Virus record (IMG/VR): IMGVR_UViG_2740892042_000001
Span: 1 to 37,911 of that record
Length of the DNA: 37,911 bases
From: a virus
Lineage: Duplodnaviria > Heunggongvirae > Uroviricota > Caudoviricetes
Reading direction: 5' to 3' (one strand)
Shown piece by piece: positions 7,858 through 19,696 of the stretch (the stretch's first letter is position 1; every line of letters starts with the position of its first letter). The notes beneath the pieces are model-generated. The model did not search any database. It was given only the letters and a program-made list of their open reading frames with translations, and was not told the DNA's origin. The translations under genes were made by a program, and so were the position numbers.

Positions 7858-8184
7858 TCAAATAAGTGGTTTGCTGCCTAATTTCATTTTCTGGCGACCA
7901 ACACAAGTCACCCCCATTTCACTGCGTGGCTTGCTGTACCATGTGCGCTGATTCTTGCGCTCAATACGTTGCAGGTTGCTTTCAATCTGTTCGTGGTATT
8001 CAGCCAGCACCGTAAGGTCTATCGGATTCAGTGCGCTTTCTACTCGTGATTTCGGTTTGCGATTCAGCGAGAGAATAGGGCGGTTAACTGGTTTTGCGCT
8101 TACCCCAACCAACAGGGGATTTGCTGCTTTCCATTGAGCCTGTTTCTCTGCGCGACGTTCGCGGCGGCGTGTTTGTGCATCCAT
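7858..8184 (-). CDS. N: Antitermination protein N
   Basis: From M31 of the track ORF: MDAQTRRRERRAEKQAQWKAANPLLVGVSAKPV.. is the lambda N arginine-rich motif and body; nutL lies immediately upstream. Confidence 0.9.
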   Translation of the reverse strand: MDAQTRRRERRAEKQAQWKAANPLLVGVSAKPVNRPILSLNRKPKSRVESALNPIDLTVLAEYHEQIESNLQRIERKNQRTWYSKPRSEMGVTCVGRQKMKLGSKPLI

Positions 8185-8294
8185 CTGGATTCTCCTGTCA
8201 GTTAGCTTTGAGTAACGCGCCGTGATGCTTATCTCCACGGTTGCTGTCTTGCAGCTGCATTTCGCGCTACTCAAAGCTTTCTGCTTTGAATGCT

Positions 8295-8325
8295 GCCCTT
8301 CTTCAGGGCTTAATTTTTAAGAGCG
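8295..8325 (-). promoter_or_regulatory. nutL: nutL (boxA CGCTCTTA, boxB GCCCTGAAGAAGGGC)
   Basis: Minus-strand read CGCTCTTAAAAATTAAGCCCTGAAGAAGGGC is the canonical lambda nutL. Confidence 0.85.
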
Positions 8326-8369
8326 TCACCTTCATGGTGGTTAGTGCGTCCTGCTGATGGCTTAAAATT

Positions 8370-8437
8370 ACAAGAAAGATTGTATGTTGTAAACAAGAAA
8401 TATTGTAAATGGAGGTGCAAAAAACAAACTCCATTGT
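8370..8437 (-). promoter_or_regulatory. OL operator cluster (three 434-type 14-bp sites) with pL
   Basis: ACAAGAAAGATTGT (8370-8383), ACAAGAAATATTGT (8393-8406), ACAAACTCCATTGT (8424-8437); all ACAA-N6-TTGT; promoter hexamers not precisely mapped. Confidence 0.7.
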
Positions 8438-8487
8438 TTTTAAACGGAAAATAGTTTGTTTTTGGGTTACTGAGATTGAGGTGGGGA

Positions 8488-9840
<1,353 letters not shown>

Positions 9841-9848
9841 GACATTCC

Positions 9849-9880
9849 CGCTCTTACACATCCCAGCCCTGAAAAAGGGC
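9849..9880 (+). promoter_or_regulatory. nutR: nutR (boxA CGCTCTTA, boxB GCCCTGAAAAAGGGC)
   Basis: Exact lambda-type boxA and boxB hairpin between cro and cII. Confidence 0.85.
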
Positions 9881-9956
9881 ATTACCAGAAACAAATCTCT
9901 ATGGTTTTGCGTTTCTTTGCGAAGCCAACTCTATCTAATCATTAAGGAAATTATCT

Positions 9957-10238
9957 ATGGGTACTATTGCAACTAAAAGCAAGAAAGCGGCTCGCATCGA
10001 GTCAGCCTTGCTGAACAAACTGGCACTGATGGGGCAGAAGACATTCGCTCGAGCAATGGGGGTTCCTGAATATCAGGTAAGCCGATGGAAGAATGGTTTC
10101 TTCTCGCAGGTAAGCATGATGCTGGCTGTTCTGGAATACGGAATCGAAGACGATGAAATGGCTGAGCTGACTAAGCGGCTTGCCAATTACCTGACAAAAG
10201 AAAAAGCCCCGAAGAACGGCGAATTCTTCGAGGCCTGA
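9957..10238 (+). CDS. cII: CII transcriptional activator
   Basis: ..[42 protein letters not shown].. parallels lambda CII; position after cro/nutR. Confidence 0.9.
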   Translation: MGTIATKSKKAARIESALLNKLALMGQKTFARAMGVPEYQVSRWKNGFFSQVSMMLAVLEYGIEDDEMAELTKRLANYLTKEKAPKNGEFFEA

Positions 10239-10272
10239 TGTAGAAAGACTGGATCAATCCACAGGAGTCATT

Positions 10273-10419
10273 ATGACAAAACAACTCAGTCCTTACCAGG
10301 ACAAAATTCACAAACACATACTACGTGATCGCTTCCTGTCCAGCTTCAAGCAGCCTGGTCGATTCCGGGCTGAGTTGGAAAAAGTGAAGCTGATGCAGAA
10401 GGAGAAAGGTCATGAGTAA
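10273..10419 (+). CDS. Small basic hypothetical ORF (48 aa)
   Basis: AGGAG RBS 5 nt before ATG 10273; overlaps the O-like start by 8 nt. Confidence 0.35.
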   Translation: MTKQLSPYQDKIHKHILRDRFLSSFKQPGRFRAELEKVKLMQKEKGHE

Positions 10420-11272
10420 TCTTGCAACCGTAACACATTTAAGGCCTTCACAACGGCCTGTGGAGCGTCGTGTGGCAGAAGTTGAAGATGGTTATACCCG
10501 TCTTGCAAATGCCCTGTATGAAGAGCTTATCGGCGCAGATTTAACGAAAAATCAGAGCAAGGTTGCCCACGCCATATGCCGTAAAACATACGGCTACGGT
10601 AAAAAGATGGATCGCATCTCTGATAGTCAGTTAGCTCAAATTACCAGGCTGCCAAGACAGAAGGTAAACAAGGCCAAGAATGAGCTTATCGCGATGAAGG
10701 TTATCCTTCGCGAAGGCCAGCAAATCGGTCCTAACAAGAACATCGAAGAATGGCAAATCGAAGGGTGTCACTACTCTGGTGATAATGTCACTACATTGGT
10801 GACAAAAAGTGTCACCAAAACGGTGACAGCGCTGTCACCAAAACAGGGACACACAAAAGAAACTATTACAAAAGAAAAAAGAAATAATAAAAACACTATG
10901 TCCGAAAGTGTTCGGACGGAGTGTGAAAAATCACCTGACCGTCACGAAGAAATCGACAAGGCATTCGAGGAAATATTCTGGTGTGCAGGCATGCGGAAAG
11001 CCGGGAAGAAAAACGCAGCTTCGGCATTCAGAACACAGTTCAGGGAATGGCGTAAAACTACCAGGGGTACGGCAAGCGAGTTTGCCACGATGCTGGCAGA
11101 AGACATCGCATGCAGGAATGGTAAGCAGTTCGGATTCGACAGGTTGTTACCATCGAGCTACCTGAACGGTCAACGCTGGAACGACGAGAAGCCAGAAACT
11201 ATTCAACCACAATCCAAACCATCATCCGCAATCACCGTATCGAAAACTGGCTACGTGTTTTTCGACAGGTGA
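10412..11272 (+). CDS. O: Replication initiator, lambda O-like N-terminal domain
   Basis: N-terminal region (..[54 protein letters not shown]..) resembles lambda O N-domain; iterons inside the gene; C-terminal half differs from lambda O. Confidence 0.85.
   Translation: MSNLATVTHLRPSQRPVERRVAEVEDGYTRLANALYEELIGADLTKNQSKVAHAICRKTYGYGKKMDRISDSQLAQITRLPRQKVNKAKNELIAMKVILREGQQIGPNKNIEEWQIEGCHYSGDNVTTLVTKSVTKTVTALSPKQGHTKETITKEKRNNKNTMSESVRTECEKSPDRHEEIDKAFEEIFWCAGMRKAGKKNAASAFRTQFREWRKTTRGTASEFATMLAEDIACRNGKQFGFDRLLPSSYLNGQRWNDEKPETIQPQSKPSSAITVSKTGYVFFDR
10766..10851 (+). repeat. ori: Origin iterons (four ~19-bp TGTCAC-N-GGTGACA-like repeats) followed by an A-rich tract
   Basis: TGTCACTACTCTGGTGAT, TGTCACTACATTGGTGACA, TGTCACCAAAACGGTGACA, TGTCACCAAAACAGGGACA at 20-24 bp spacing; A-rich run 10853-10900; inside the O-like gene as in lambda ori. 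Confidence 0.7.
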
Positions 11273-11379
11273 ACCATGAAATCAAAAATCAAATCGCTAC
11301 TGGTCGCTGGTTATAACCACGGCTGGTTAAGTATTTCTTTTGTCGATTTCTGGTTTAAAAATCTCAATCTGAGGGAATC

Positions 11380-13260
11380 ATGACGCCAAGTGAACTTAGC
11401 GACCTGCTTTGGGCGCAGGTTGACAGGGTGGCTCCGCACCTGTTGCCAAACGGCAAGAAAGAGGGGCATGAGTGGGTTGCCGGTAACGTCAACGGCGACA
11501 AGGGAAACAGCCTTAAGGTCAACCTTAGCGGCAAGAAAAAATGGGCTGATTTCGCCGAGGGAGACGGCGGTGACATGCTTGATTTGTGGATGGCATGTCG
11601 TGGAATTAACCTGCATCAGGCTATGCAGGAAGCGAAAGCATTTCTCGGTATCAAGGATGACGATCACCATTTCGATGCCAAACGTGAGAAAAAATTCTCC
11701 AGACCTGATCGCAAGAAAATCGCCCGCTACGTTACCAGAACAGAATCCCATCTTGAGTACCTGCAATCGCGTGGCATATCGCCAGAAATCGTAAAGCGCT
11801 ACGAGGTTGTCAGCGGCAAGGTGTGGAATGGAGAGCGGGAACTGGATGCTCTGGTGATTCCGTACAAACGCGATGGTGAGTTGTTGCAGGTCAAGCGAAT
11901 CAGCACTGAGCGACCGGACGGGAAGAAAGTCATTATGGCAGAAGGTGATTGCGAACCTTGTCTGTTCGGATGGCAGGCTCTGGACGCTGGCGTGAGGGCG
12001 GTTGTACTTTGCGAAGGCGAAATTGATTGTATGAGCTATGCGCAATACGGCATCTCGGCGTTATCCGTGCCGTTTGGTGGCGGGAAAGGCGCTAAGCAAC
12101 AGTGGATTGAGTTTGAGTATCACAACCTCGACAGGTTTGAGGAAATATTCATCTCGATGGATGTTGATGATGTTGGTCGTGAAGCCGCAAGGGAAATCGC
12201 AAGCCGACTCGGTGAACATCGTTGCCGTCTTGTTACTCTGCCGTACAAAGACATCAACGAATGCCTGATGAACGGTGTTACCGAGGATGAAATCTGGCAG
12301 TACATCGGCACGGCATCCTACTTCGATCCTGAAGAACTCTACAGTGCGCGAGAGTTTTACCAGGACACTATCAACGCTTTCTACGGCAAGCAGCAGTATC
12401 TGTTTAATCCACCGTGGGAATCTCTGGCAGATAAATTCCAGTTCCGTGAGGCAGAGTTGACGCTGGTCAATGGTGTGAACGGTCACGGAAAAACGGAGGT
12501 TGTCGGGCATATGGCACTTGAGGCAATGCGTCAGGGTGTAAAGACGTGCATCGCGTCACTTGAGCTGAAGCCTGGTATTCTCCTTAAGCGCCTTACCCGT
12601 CAGGCAACGTGCTGCAAGATGCCGCCAGTGCTGGAAATTGACTCTGCATTTAAATTTTATGACGAAAGACTTTGGGTGTTTGGCCTGACCGGAACGGCGA
12701 AAGCCGACAGGCTGATCGAAATATTCGACTACGCTCGCCGCCGATACGGGATCCAGTTATTCATCATCGACAGCCTGATGAAATGTGGCATAGGCGACGA
12801 TGACTATAACGGGCAGAAGGCGTTTGTTGACTCGATTTGCGACTTCAAAAACAAAACAAACTCCCACGTCATTCTCGTTACTCACTCGCGAAAAGGAGAC
12901 AGCGAAGAAAAACCAACCGGGAAAATGGACGTAAAAGGCTCTGGAGCGATAACAGACCTGACAGACAACCTTTTCATCATCTGGCGTAACAAGGCTCGCG
13001 AGAGAGCGTTACAGAGAGTTCAGAGTGGTGAAAAGATGTCAGAGAAGGACGAACAGCTACTGGCATCTCCGGCATCTGTTTTGATGCTTGAAAAACAACG
13101 TAACGGCGAAGGTTGGGAAGGTGGTGTCCCGTTGTTCCTTGACGAGCAATCGCACCAGTTCCTGCAACTTGAATCAGGATCGCCATATAGCTACATCGCC
13201 AATATGCCGAAATCGGAATATGACGAGGCGTGGCGACAGGAAAACGTGACGGAGTATTAA
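11380..13260 (+). CDS. Bifunctional primase-helicase (Toprim domain plus DnaB-like helicase)
   Basis: Toprim acidic motifs (..MAEGDCEP.., ..LCEGEIDCMSYAQ.., ..SMDVDDVGREAA..); helicase Walker A LVNGVNGHGKTE and Walker B-like LFIIDSLMK. Confidence 0.85.
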   Translation: MTPSELSDLLWAQVDRVAPHLLPNGKKEGHEWVAGNVNGDKGNSLKVNLSGKKKWADFAEGDGGDMLDLWMACRGINLHQAMQEAKAFLGIKDDDHHFDAKREKKFSRPDRKKIARYVTRTESHLEYLQSRGISPEIVKRYEVVSGKVWNGERELDALVIPYKRDGELLQVKRISTERPDGKKVIMAEGDCEPCLFGWQALDAGVRAVVLCEGEIDCMSYAQYGISALSVPFGGGKGAKQQWIEFEYHNLDRFEEIFISMDVDDVGREAAREIASRLGEHRCRLVTLPYKDINECLMNGVTEDEIWQYIGTASYFDPEELYSAREFYQDTINAFYGKQQYLFNPPWESLADKFQFREAELTLVNGVNGHGKTEVVGHMALEAMRQGVKTCIASLELKPGILLKRLTRQATCCKMPPVLEIDSAFKFYDERLWVFGLTGTAKADRLIEIFDYARRRYGIQLFIIDSLMKCGIGDDDYNGQKAFVDSICDFKNKTNSHVILVTHSRKGDSEEKPTGKMDVKGSGAITDLTDNLFIIWRNKARERALQRVQSGEKMSEKDEQLLASPASVLMLEKQRNGEGWEGGVPLFLDEQSHQFLQLESGSPYSYIANMPKSEYDEAWRQENVTEY

Positions 13261-13336
13261 ATGACCATCTACATCACTGAGCTAATAACAGGCCTGCTGG
13301 TAATCGCAGGCCTTTTTATTTGGGGGAGGGTAAATC

Positions 13337-13543
13337 GTGGTTGAGTTGATTTTTTCTGCATTGAGGATTCTCGGTGCTATGTGGATGGTGGCGACGTTCA
13401 TTGTGGTTGCCAGCAGTTTTGTCCGGTTGGTAGGCGAAGGTAAAGACCTCGTGGGTGTGCTTTTCGGTAGCATTTTCCTGTGGGTGATTATCGGTGTTGC
13501 GCCTGTCGCTGTAGCAAAAATGGCGTGGCGTTTTGTGAGTTGA
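13337..13543 (+). CDS. Small two-helix membrane protein (68 aa)
   Basis: GTG start with GGGGGAGGG RBS; two hydrophobic segments separated by a charged turn. Confidence 0.4.
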   Translation: MVELIFSALRILGAMWMVATFIVVASSFVRLVGEGKDLVGVLFGSIFLWVIIGVAPVAVAKMAWRFVS

Positions 13544-13560
13544 ACTGAGGGTAAGTATCG

Positions 13561-13866
13561 ATGGACGAATCAAGAAAGCAGTTTGAGGAATACGTTGCCA
13601 AAAAATTGAGATTACCATTCGAGATGATAACCGAGGCAAGAAATGGTGATAGGTACTTCGCATTTTCAAGCATGGATATTCGTCACTCCTTAAATGAGTG
13701 GTGGACTTTATGGCAGGCATCGCGAGCAGATATTGAAATAACCGCGCCAAAGTTTATCGACAGCAGAGAAGCATTAGCCAAAGGGTTTACTGTTGATTAT
13801 TCCAATGGCTTTGGTGATGCAATGGATGCTTATGAGGAAAACATCCGCTCTGCTGAGTCAAAGTGA
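13561..13866 (+). CDS. Hypothetical protein (101 aa)
   Basis: Clean ORF between the replication and nin modules. Confidence 0.5.
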   Translation: MDESRKQFEEYVAKKLRLPFEMITEARNGDRYFAFSSMDIRHSLNEWWTLWQASRADIEITAPKFIDSREALAKGFTVDYSNGFGDAMDAYEENIRSAESK

Positions 13867-13876
13867 AGGAGTAACG

Positions 13877-14287
13877 ATGAAGCAAACAATCTTCCTCCGA
13901 AGTAAGCAACAACAGCAAGCCGCAATCAACGCCATCCTCGAAACTCCTCTCGATAAAGACAAGCCAGTCACCATCCGCATTACTGACTACAAGCGCAACC
14001 TTGACCAGAACGCAAAATTTCACGCGATGCTGGCGGATATCGCTCGTCAGGTTCAATGGTGCGGCAAATGGTTAAAACCGGAACAATGGAAGGTTTTGTT
14101 GATCAGCGGTCATTCAGTGGCAACAAAGCAGGAAGCTGATGTTTTGCCCGGCCTTGAAGGCGAATACGTCAACATTAGGGAGAGCAGCGCACAGATGAGC
14201 GTGAAGCGTATGGCAAGTCTGATCGAGTACACAACAGCATGGGCTATTGGTCAGGGTGTCAGATTTACCGACAGGAGGTACGAATGA
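13877..14287 (+). CDS. ninB: NinB (Orf-family recombination mediator)
   Basis: Start at MKQTIFL (AAGGAG RBS); ..[31 protein letters not shown].. resembles lambda NinB. Confidence 0.85.
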   Translation: MKQTIFLRSKQQQQAAINAILETPLDKDKPVTIRITDYKRNLDQNAKFHAMLADIARQVQWCGKWLKPEQWKVLLISGHSVATKQEADVLPGLEGEYVNIRESSAQMSVKRMASLIEYTTAWAIGQGVRFTDRRYE

Positions 14288-14460
14288 GACGACAGCGACG
14301 AAGTATCACCGACATCATCTGCGAAAACTGCAAATACCTTCCAACGAAACGCTCCAGAAATAAACGCAAGCCAATCCCAAAAGAATCTGACGTAAAAACC
14401 TTCAACTACACGGCTCACCTGTGGGATATCCGGTGGCTAAGACATCGTGCGAGGAAATGA
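14284..14460 (+). CDS. NinD-like small zinc-ribbon-type protein (58 aa)
   Basis: AGGAGG RBS before ATG 14284; C-x2-C motif; size and position as lambda NinD. Confidence 0.45.
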   Translation: MRRQRRSITDIICENCKYLPTKRSRNKRKPIPKESDVKTFNYTAHLWDIRWLRHRARK

Positions 14461-14462
14461 CA

Positions 14463-14822
14463 ATGGATTATTCACAGTTAAGTGATTTTGAAATTAACAA
14501 GCGAGTGGCAATTTTCTGTGGATTTGCTCCCGAAGATTGCGAAATCGCAAAGTTGGGAACATCAATCGTTGGTGTTGAGTGGGATGACGAAACTGGTTAT
14601 GCAATAAAAACGGTTGATTACTGTAAAAGCCCATCAGACGCAGAGCCGATTATCGTAGAGAACAGAATTGGCATTATTCCAGCGCCAGAAAATGGATTAT
14701 GGAAGGCAGCGCATAGAAAAGTTGGCAGTGATAGTACCCCATATCATATGACTCAAGATGAAAACCCTCTCCGCGCCGCCATGATTGTCTTCCTCATGAT
14801 GCAGGACGTCAATAATGCTTAG
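14463..14822 (+). CDS. Hypothetical nin-region protein (119 aa)
   Basis: Clean ORF; start at MDYSQLS.. after GAGGAA. Confidence 0.5.
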   Translation: MDYSQLSDFEINKRVAIFCGFAPEDCEIAKLGTSIVGVEWDDETGYAIKTVDYCKSPSDAEPIIVENRIGIIPAPENGLWKAAHRKVGSDSTPYHMTQDENPLRAAMIVFLMMQDVNNA

Positions 14823-14991
14823 CCCATCCCAATCCCTTCAATACCAGAAAGAAAGCGTCGAGCGGGCTTTAACGTGCGCTAACTGCGGTCAGAAGCTGCA
14901 TGTGCTGGAAGTTCACGTGTGCTCCGATTGCTGCGCAGAACTGATGAGCGATCCGAATAGCTCAATGTACGAGGAAGAAGACGATGGCTAA
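14815..14991 (+). CDS. NinF-like small Cys-rich protein (58 aa)
   Basis: Own translation [44 protein letters not shown]..; overlaps neighbours on both sides. Confidence 0.45.
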   Translation: MLSPSQSLQYQKESVERALTCANCGQKLHVLEVHVCSDCCAELMSDPNSSMYEEEDDG

Positions 14992-15595
14992 ACCAGCGCG
15001 AAGACGATGTAAAAACAATGAATGTCGGGAATGGTTTCACCCTGCATTCGCTAATCAGTGGTGGTGCTCTCCAGAGTGTGGAACAAAGATAGCACTCGAA
15101 CGACGAAGCAAAGAACGCGAAAAAGCGGAAAAAGCAGCAGAGAAGAAACGACGACGAGAGGAGCAGAAACAGAAAGATAAACTTAAGATTCGAAAACTCG
15201 CCTTAAAACCCCGCAGTTACTGGATTAAACAAGCCCAACAAGCCGTAAACGCCTTCATCAGAGAAAGAGACCGCGACTTACCATGTATCTCGTGCGGAAC
15301 GCTCACGTCTGCTCAGTGGGATGCCGGACATTACCGGACAACTGCTGCGGCACCTCAACTCCGATTTGATGAACGCAATATTCACAAGCAATGCGTGGTG
15401 TGCAACCAGCATAAAAGCGGAAATCTCGTTCCGTATCGCGTCGAACTGATTAACCGAATCGGGCAGGAAGCAGTAGACGAAATCGAATCAAACCATAACC
15501 GCCATCGCTGGACTGTCGAAGAGTGCAAGGCGATCAAGGCAGAGTACCAACAGAAACTCAAAGACCTGCGAAATAGCAGAAGTGAGGCCGCATGA
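14984..15595 (+). CDS. ninG: NinG/Rap recombination endonuclease
   Basis: [47 protein letters not shown].. matches lambda NinG N-terminus. Confidence 0.9.
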   Translation: MAKPARRRCKNNECREWFHPAFANQWWCSPECGTKIALERRSKEREKAEKAAEKKRRREEQKQKDKLKIRKLALKPRSYWIKQAQQAVNAFIRERDRDLPCISCGTLTSAQWDAGHYRTTAAAPQLRFDERNIHKQCVVCNQHKSGNLVPYRVELINRIGQEAVDEIESNHNRHRWTVEECKAIKAEYQQKLKDLRNSRSEAA

Positions 15596-15798
15596 CGTTC
15601 TCAGTAAAAACCATTCCAGACATGCTCGTTGAAGCATACGGAAACCAGACAGAAGTGGCACGCAGACTGAAATGTAGTCGCGGCACGGTAAGAAAATACG
15701 TTGATGATAAAGACGGGAAAATGCACGCCATCGTCAACGACGTTCTTATGGTTCATCGCGGATGGAGTGAAAGAGATGCGCTATTACGAAAGAATTGA
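15592..15798 (+). CDS. ninH: NinH
   Basis: 68-aa [39 protein letters not shown].. matches lambda NinH. Confidence 0.85.
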   Translation: MTFSVKTIPDMLVEAYGNQTEVARRLKCSRGTVRKYVDDKDGKMHAIVNDVLMVHRGWSERDALLRKN

Positions 15799-16441
15799 TG
15801 GCAGCAAATACCGAAATATTTGGGTAGTTGGCGATCTGCACGGATGCTACACGAACCTGATGAAAAAACTGGAGACGATAGGATTCGACACCAAAAAAGA
15901 CCTGCTTATCTCGGTTGGCGATTTGGTCGATCGCGGTACAGAGAACGTCGAATGTCTGGAATTAATCACATTCCCCTGGTTCCGAGCTGTACGTGGAAAC
16001 CATGAGCAAATGATGATTGATGGCTTATCAGAGCGTGGAAACGTTAATCACTGGCTGCTTAATGGCGGTGGCTGGTTCTTCAATCTCGATTACGACAAAG
16101 AAATTCTGGCTAAAGCTCTTGCCCATAAAGCAGATGAACTTCCGTTAATCATTGAACTGGTGAGCAAAGGTAAAAAATATGTCATCTGCCACGCCGATTA
16201 TCCTTGTGACGAATACGAGTTCGGAAAGCCAGTTGATCATCAGCAGGTAATCTGGAACCGCGAACGAATCAGCAACTCACAAGACGGGATCGTGAAAGAA
16301 ATCAAAGGAGCGGACACGTTCATCTTTGGTCATACGCCAGCAGTGAAACCACTCAAGTTTGCCAACCAGATGTATATCGATACCGGCGCAGTGTTCTGCG
16401 GAAACCTCACATTGATTCAGGTACAGGGAGAAGGCGCATGA
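15776..16441 (+). CDS. ninI: Ser/Thr protein phosphatase (lambda NinI-type metallophosphoesterase)
   Basis: From [29 protein letters not shown]..: GDLHG, GDLVDRG and GNHE metallophosphatase motifs. Confidence 0.9.
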   Translation: MRYYERIDGSKYRNIWVVGDLHGCYTNLMKKLETIGFDTKKDLLISVGDLVDRGTENVECLELITFPWFRAVRGNHEQMMIDGLSERGNVNHWLLNGGGWFFNLDYDKEILAKALAHKADELPLIIELVSKGKKYVICHADYPCDEYEFGKPVDHQQVIWNRERISNSQDGIVKEIKGADTFIFGHTPAVKPLKFANQMYIDTGAVFCGNLTLIQVQGEGA

Positions 16442-17061
16442 GACTCGAAAGCGTGGCTAAATTTCATTCGCCAAAAAGCCCGATGATGAGTGACTCACCA
16501 CGGGCCACGGCTTCTGACTCTCTTTCCGGTACTGATGTGATGGCTGCTATGGGGATGGCGCAATCACAAGCCGGATTCGGAATGGCTGCATTCTGCGGTA
16601 AGCATGAACTCAGCCAGAACGACAAACAAAAGGCTATCAACTATCTGATGCAATTTGCACACAAGGTATCGGGGAAATACCGTGGTGTGGCAAAGCTTGA
16701 AGGAAATACTAAGGCAAAGGTACTGCAAGTGCTCGCAACATTCGCTTATGCGGATTATTGCCGTAGTGCCGCGACGCCGGGCGCAAGATGCAGAGATTGT
16801 CACGGTACAGGCCGTGCGGTTGATATAGCCAAAACAGAGCAGTGGGGGAGAGTTGTTGAGAAAGAGTGCGGAAGATGCAAAGGTGTCGGCTATTCAAGAA
16901 TGCCAGCAAGCGCCGCATATCGCGCTGTAACGATGCTAATCCCAAACCTTACTCAACCCACCTGGTCACGCACTGTTAAGCCGCTGTATGACGCTCTGGT
17001 GGTGCAATGCCACAAAGAAGAGTCAATCGCAGACAACATTTTGAATGCGGTCACACGTTAA
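16438..17061 (+). CDS. Q: Late antiterminator Q
   Basis: 207 aa [28 protein letters not shown].. with zinc motif ..[18 protein letters not shown]..; matches lambda Q. Confidence 0.95.
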   Translation: MRLESVAKFHSPKSPMMSDSPRATASDSLSGTDVMAAMGMAQSQAGFGMAAFCGKHELSQNDKQKAINYLMQFAHKVSGKYRGVAKLEGNTKAKVLQVLATFAYADYCRSAATPGARCRDCHGTGRAVDIAKTEQWGRVVEKECGRCKGVGYSRMPASAAYRAVTMLIPNLTQPTWSRTVKPLYDALVVQCHKEESIADNILNAVTR

Positions 17062-17103
17062 CAGCATGATTGCCACGGATGGCAACATATTAACGGCATA
17101 ATA

Positions 17104-17132
17104 TTGACTTTTTGAATAAAGTTGGGTAAATT
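17104..17132 (+). promoter_or_regulatory. Late promoter pR' (-35 TTGACT, -10 TAAATT, 17-nt spacer) with qut
   Basis: Hexamers read directly; same arrangement as lambda pR' downstream of Q. Confidence 0.75.
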
Positions 17133-17138
17133 TGACCC

Positions 17139-17331
17139 AACGATGGGTTAATTCGCTCGTTGTGGTAGTGAGATGAAAAGAGGCGGCGCTTACTACCGAT
17201 TCCGCCTAGTTGGTCACTTCGACGTATCGTCTGGAACTCCAACCATCGCAGGCTGAGAGGTCTGCAAAATGCAATCCCGAAACAGTTCGCAGGTAATAGT
17301 TAGAGCCTGCATAACGGTTTCGGGATTTTTT
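17139..17331 (+). ncRNA. 6S-type short late leader transcript (pR' to tR')
   Basis: About 190 nt from the predicted pR' start to the tR' hairpin; ends approximate. Confidence 0.55.
17274..17331 (+). terminator. tR' intrinsic terminator
   Basis: ATCCCGAAAC ... GTTTCGGGAT 10-bp stem followed by TTTTTT. Confidence 0.75.
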
Positions 17332-17729
17332 ATATCTGTGCAACAGGTAAGAGCATTCTCCTTTATGGGGCTTGGTTTAAATGCATTGAGTGCTCTTTCC
17401 GTTGTGCTGAATTAAGCGAGTGCCGGAAGCAGAACCGGATCACCAAATGCGTACAGGCGTCATCGCCGCCCAGCAAAAGCACAACCCAAACTGAGCCGTA
17501 GCCACTGGCTGTCCTGAACTCATCAGTGATAGTTATGCTGCGGCCTTCTACACATGACCTTCGTGAAAGCGGGTGGCAAGAGGCTGCGCTAACAACCTCC
17601 TGCCGTTTTGCCCGTGCATATCGGTCACGAACAAATCTGATTACTAAACACAGTAGCCTGGATTTGTTCTATCAGTAATCGACCTTATTCCTAATTAAAT
17701 AGAGCAAATCCCCTTATTGGGGGTAAGAC

Positions 17730-18053
17730 ATGAAGATGCCAGAAAAACATGACCTGTTAGCCGCCATTCTCGCGGCAAAGGAACAAGGCATCGGGGCAAT
17801 CCTTGCGTTTGCAATGGCGTACCTTCGCGGCAGATATAATGGCGGTGCGTTTACAAAAACAGTAATCGACGCAACGATGTGCGCCATTATCGCCTGGTTC
17901 ATTCGTGACCTTCTCGACTTCGCCGGACTAAGTAGCAATCTCGCTTATATAACGAGCGTGTTCATCGGCTACATCGGTACTGACTCGATTGGTTCGCTTA
18001 TCAAACGCTTCGCTGCTAAAAAAGCCGGAGTAGAAGATGGTGGAAATCAATAA
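17730..18053 (+). CDS. S: Holin S (class I, dual-start motif MKMPEK)
   Basis: 107-aa protein with three TM segments; matches lambda S. Confidence 0.95.
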   Translation: MKMPEKHDLLAAILAAKEQGIGAILAFAMAYLRGRYNGGAFTKTVIDATMCAIIAWFIRDLLDFAGLSSNLAYITSVFIGYIGTDSIGSLIKRFAAKKAGVEDGGNQ

Positions 18054-18513
18054 TCAACGTAAGGCGTTCCTCGATATGCTGGCGTGGTCAGAGGGAACTG
18101 ATAACGGACGTCAGAAAACCAGAAATCATGGTTATGACGTCATTGTAGGTGGAGAACTATTCACTGATTACTCCGATCACCCTCGCAAACTTGTCACGCT
18201 AAACCCCAGACTCAAATCAACAGCAGCCGGACGTTACCAGCTTCTTTCCCGTTGGTGGGATGCTTACCGTAAGCAGCTTGGCCTGAAAGACTTCTCTCCA
18301 AAAAGCCAGGACGCAGTGGCATTGCAGCAGATTAAAGAGCGTGGCGCTTTACCGATGATTGATCGCGGTGATATTCGTCAGGCAATCGACCGTTGCAGCA
18401 ATATCTGGGCTTCACTGCCGGGCGCTGGTTATGGCCAGTTCGAGCATAAGGCTGACAGCCTGATTGCAAAATTCAAAGAGGCTGGCGGAACGGTCAGAGA
18501 GATTGAGGTATGA
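18037..18513 (+). CDS. R: Endolysin R (lytic transglycosylase)
   Basis: [39 protein letters not shown].. matches lambda R. Confidence 0.95.
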   Translation: MVEINNQRKAFLDMLAWSEGTDNGRQKTRNHGYDVIVGGELFTDYSDHPRKLVTLNPRLKSTAAGRYQLLSRWWDAYRKQLGLKDFSPKSQDAVALQQIKERGALPMIDRGDIRQAIDRCSNIWASLPGAGYGQFEHKADSLIAKFKEAGGTVREIEV

Positions 18514-18968
18514 GCAGAGTAACCGCGATTATCTCCGCTCTGGTTATCTGCATCATCGTCTGCCTGTTATGGGCTGTTAATCATTACCGTGATAACGCCA
18601 TCGCCTACAAAGAGCAGCGCGATAACAAGGCCAGTGAACTGGAGAAGGCGAACGCCACCATCGCTGACATGCGGAAGCGTCAACGTGATGTAGCAGAACT
18701 CGACGCAAGATACACAAAGGAGCTTGCTGATGCTAACGCGACTATCGAAAGTCTCCGTGCTGATGTTTCTGCTGGGCGTAAGCGCCTGCAAGTCGCCGCC
18801 ACCTGTGCAAAGTCAACGACCGGAGCCAGCAGCATGGGCGATGGAGAAAGCCCAAGACTTACAGCAGATGCTGAACTCAATTATTACCGTCTCCGAAGTG
18901 GAATCGACAAGATAACCGCGCAGGTTAACTACCTGCAGGAATACATCAGGACGCAATGCCTGAAATGA
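18510..18968 (+). CDS. Rz: Spanin inner-membrane subunit Rz
   Basis: N-terminal TM segment then coiled-coil; lambda-like N-terminus with divergent C-terminal half. Confidence 0.85.
   Translation: MSRVTAIISALVICIIVCLLWAVNHYRDNAIAYKEQRDNKASELEKANATIADMRKRQRDVAELDARYTKELADANATIESLRADVSAGRKRLQVAATCAKSTTGASSMGDGESPRLTADAELNYYRLRSGIDKITAQVNYLQEYIRTQCLK
18724..18915 (+). CDS. Rz1: Spanin outer-membrane lipoprotein subunit Rz1 (embedded in Rz, +1 frame)
   Basis: Signal peptide with lipobox VSAC, proline-rich mature part; fully nested in Rz. Confidence 0.7.
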   Translation: MLMLTRLSKVSVLMFLLGVSACKSPPPVQSQRPEPAAWAMEKAQDLQQMLNSIITVSEVESTR

Positions 18969-19003
18969 TCGGGCGATGAAAACCAAAAAAACAGGAGCAA
19001 TAC

Positions 19004-19279
19004 ATGACTAAGTTTTATCACCGCATCTCAGCTTTTCTCTCTGGGTGCTGGGCGTTTATCACGTCTATTTCGTTCGCCATCTTTAGTTTCGGTAGCACAG
19101 CATGCTCGCTTAGTCGGGGTCTGTGGCGTGCTATTTCAGCACTAGCGCCGAAATTTTTACCTGAAAAGGTTGTTTGGCGAATTGTAGAGCGAATGTGTAG
19201 TGAGAGCGTTCGCGAGAAGATTAACGTATTTGGACGTCATCCTCGAAATACAGGCGCATTGTGCAGTTCGTTACTGTAG
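19004..19279 (+). CDS. Hypothetical protein with hydrophobic N-terminal segment (91 aa)
   Basis: AGGAG RBS before ATG 19004; between lysis cassette and terminase. Confidence 0.45.
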   Translation: MTKFYHRISAFLSGCWAFITSISFAIFSFGSTACSLSRGLWRAISALAPKFLPEKVVWRIVERMCSESVREKINVFGRHPRNTGALCSSLL

Positions 19280-19397
19280 TCATTACAAAGCCCATCTTTG
19301 GGTTTGGTTTGTAATTTCGCTGCTGCAATAATCACCAGAAATATGGCATTGTTATTGGTGGTCATATGTCATACCCATCAATTACAAAGGAGCAGAC

Positions 19398-19649
19398 ATG
19401 TCATCTACAAAATTAGTTAAAACTATCCTTTTCCATGGAGATAATAAATATGAAGTTTATGCAACCTCCGAGTACGCTGACGTAGATAGAATCATTCATT
19501 ACAAGTTACGCTCATGTAAAAACACAGATGGTTCAGATGGCAAGTCTGAATCTATATGGGTTGTATATAATCCTGCTGTTCAACTACCGGATGATCTGAA
19601 CTACAAAAAAGTTAGCAACATAGCTCCTTATCTTGAAAAGTTACAATAA
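19398..19649 (+). CDS. Hypothetical AT-rich moron protein (83 aa)
   Basis: AAGGAG RBS; markedly lower GC than flanks; followed by a terminator; flanked by 15-bp near-direct repeats. Confidence 0.55.
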   Translation: MSSTKLVKTILFHGDNKYEVYATSEYADVDRIIHYKLRSCKNTDGSDGKSESIWVVYNPAVQLPDDLNYKKVSNIAPYLEKLQ

Positions 19650-19671
19650 ACTTCCTTTTCCACATGCTAAA

Positions 19672-19696
19672 AGCCTCGTATTCGCGGGGCTTTTTA
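19672..19696 (+). terminator. Intrinsic terminator after the moron ORF
   Basis: GCCTCG-TATTCG-CGGGGC stem (one G-U) followed by TTTTT. Confidence 0.5.

Noticed and set aside
10766-10851. Short direct repeats as a possible CRISPR array
   Set aside because: Only four imperfect ~19-bp repeats with 1-5 bp gaps inside a coding region and no cas genes; they are replication-origin iterons.
11311-12045. 244-aa minus-strand ORF
   Set aside because: Lies wholly antisense inside the primase-helicase gene, has no RBS and a low-complexity product; read as a spurious shadow ORF.
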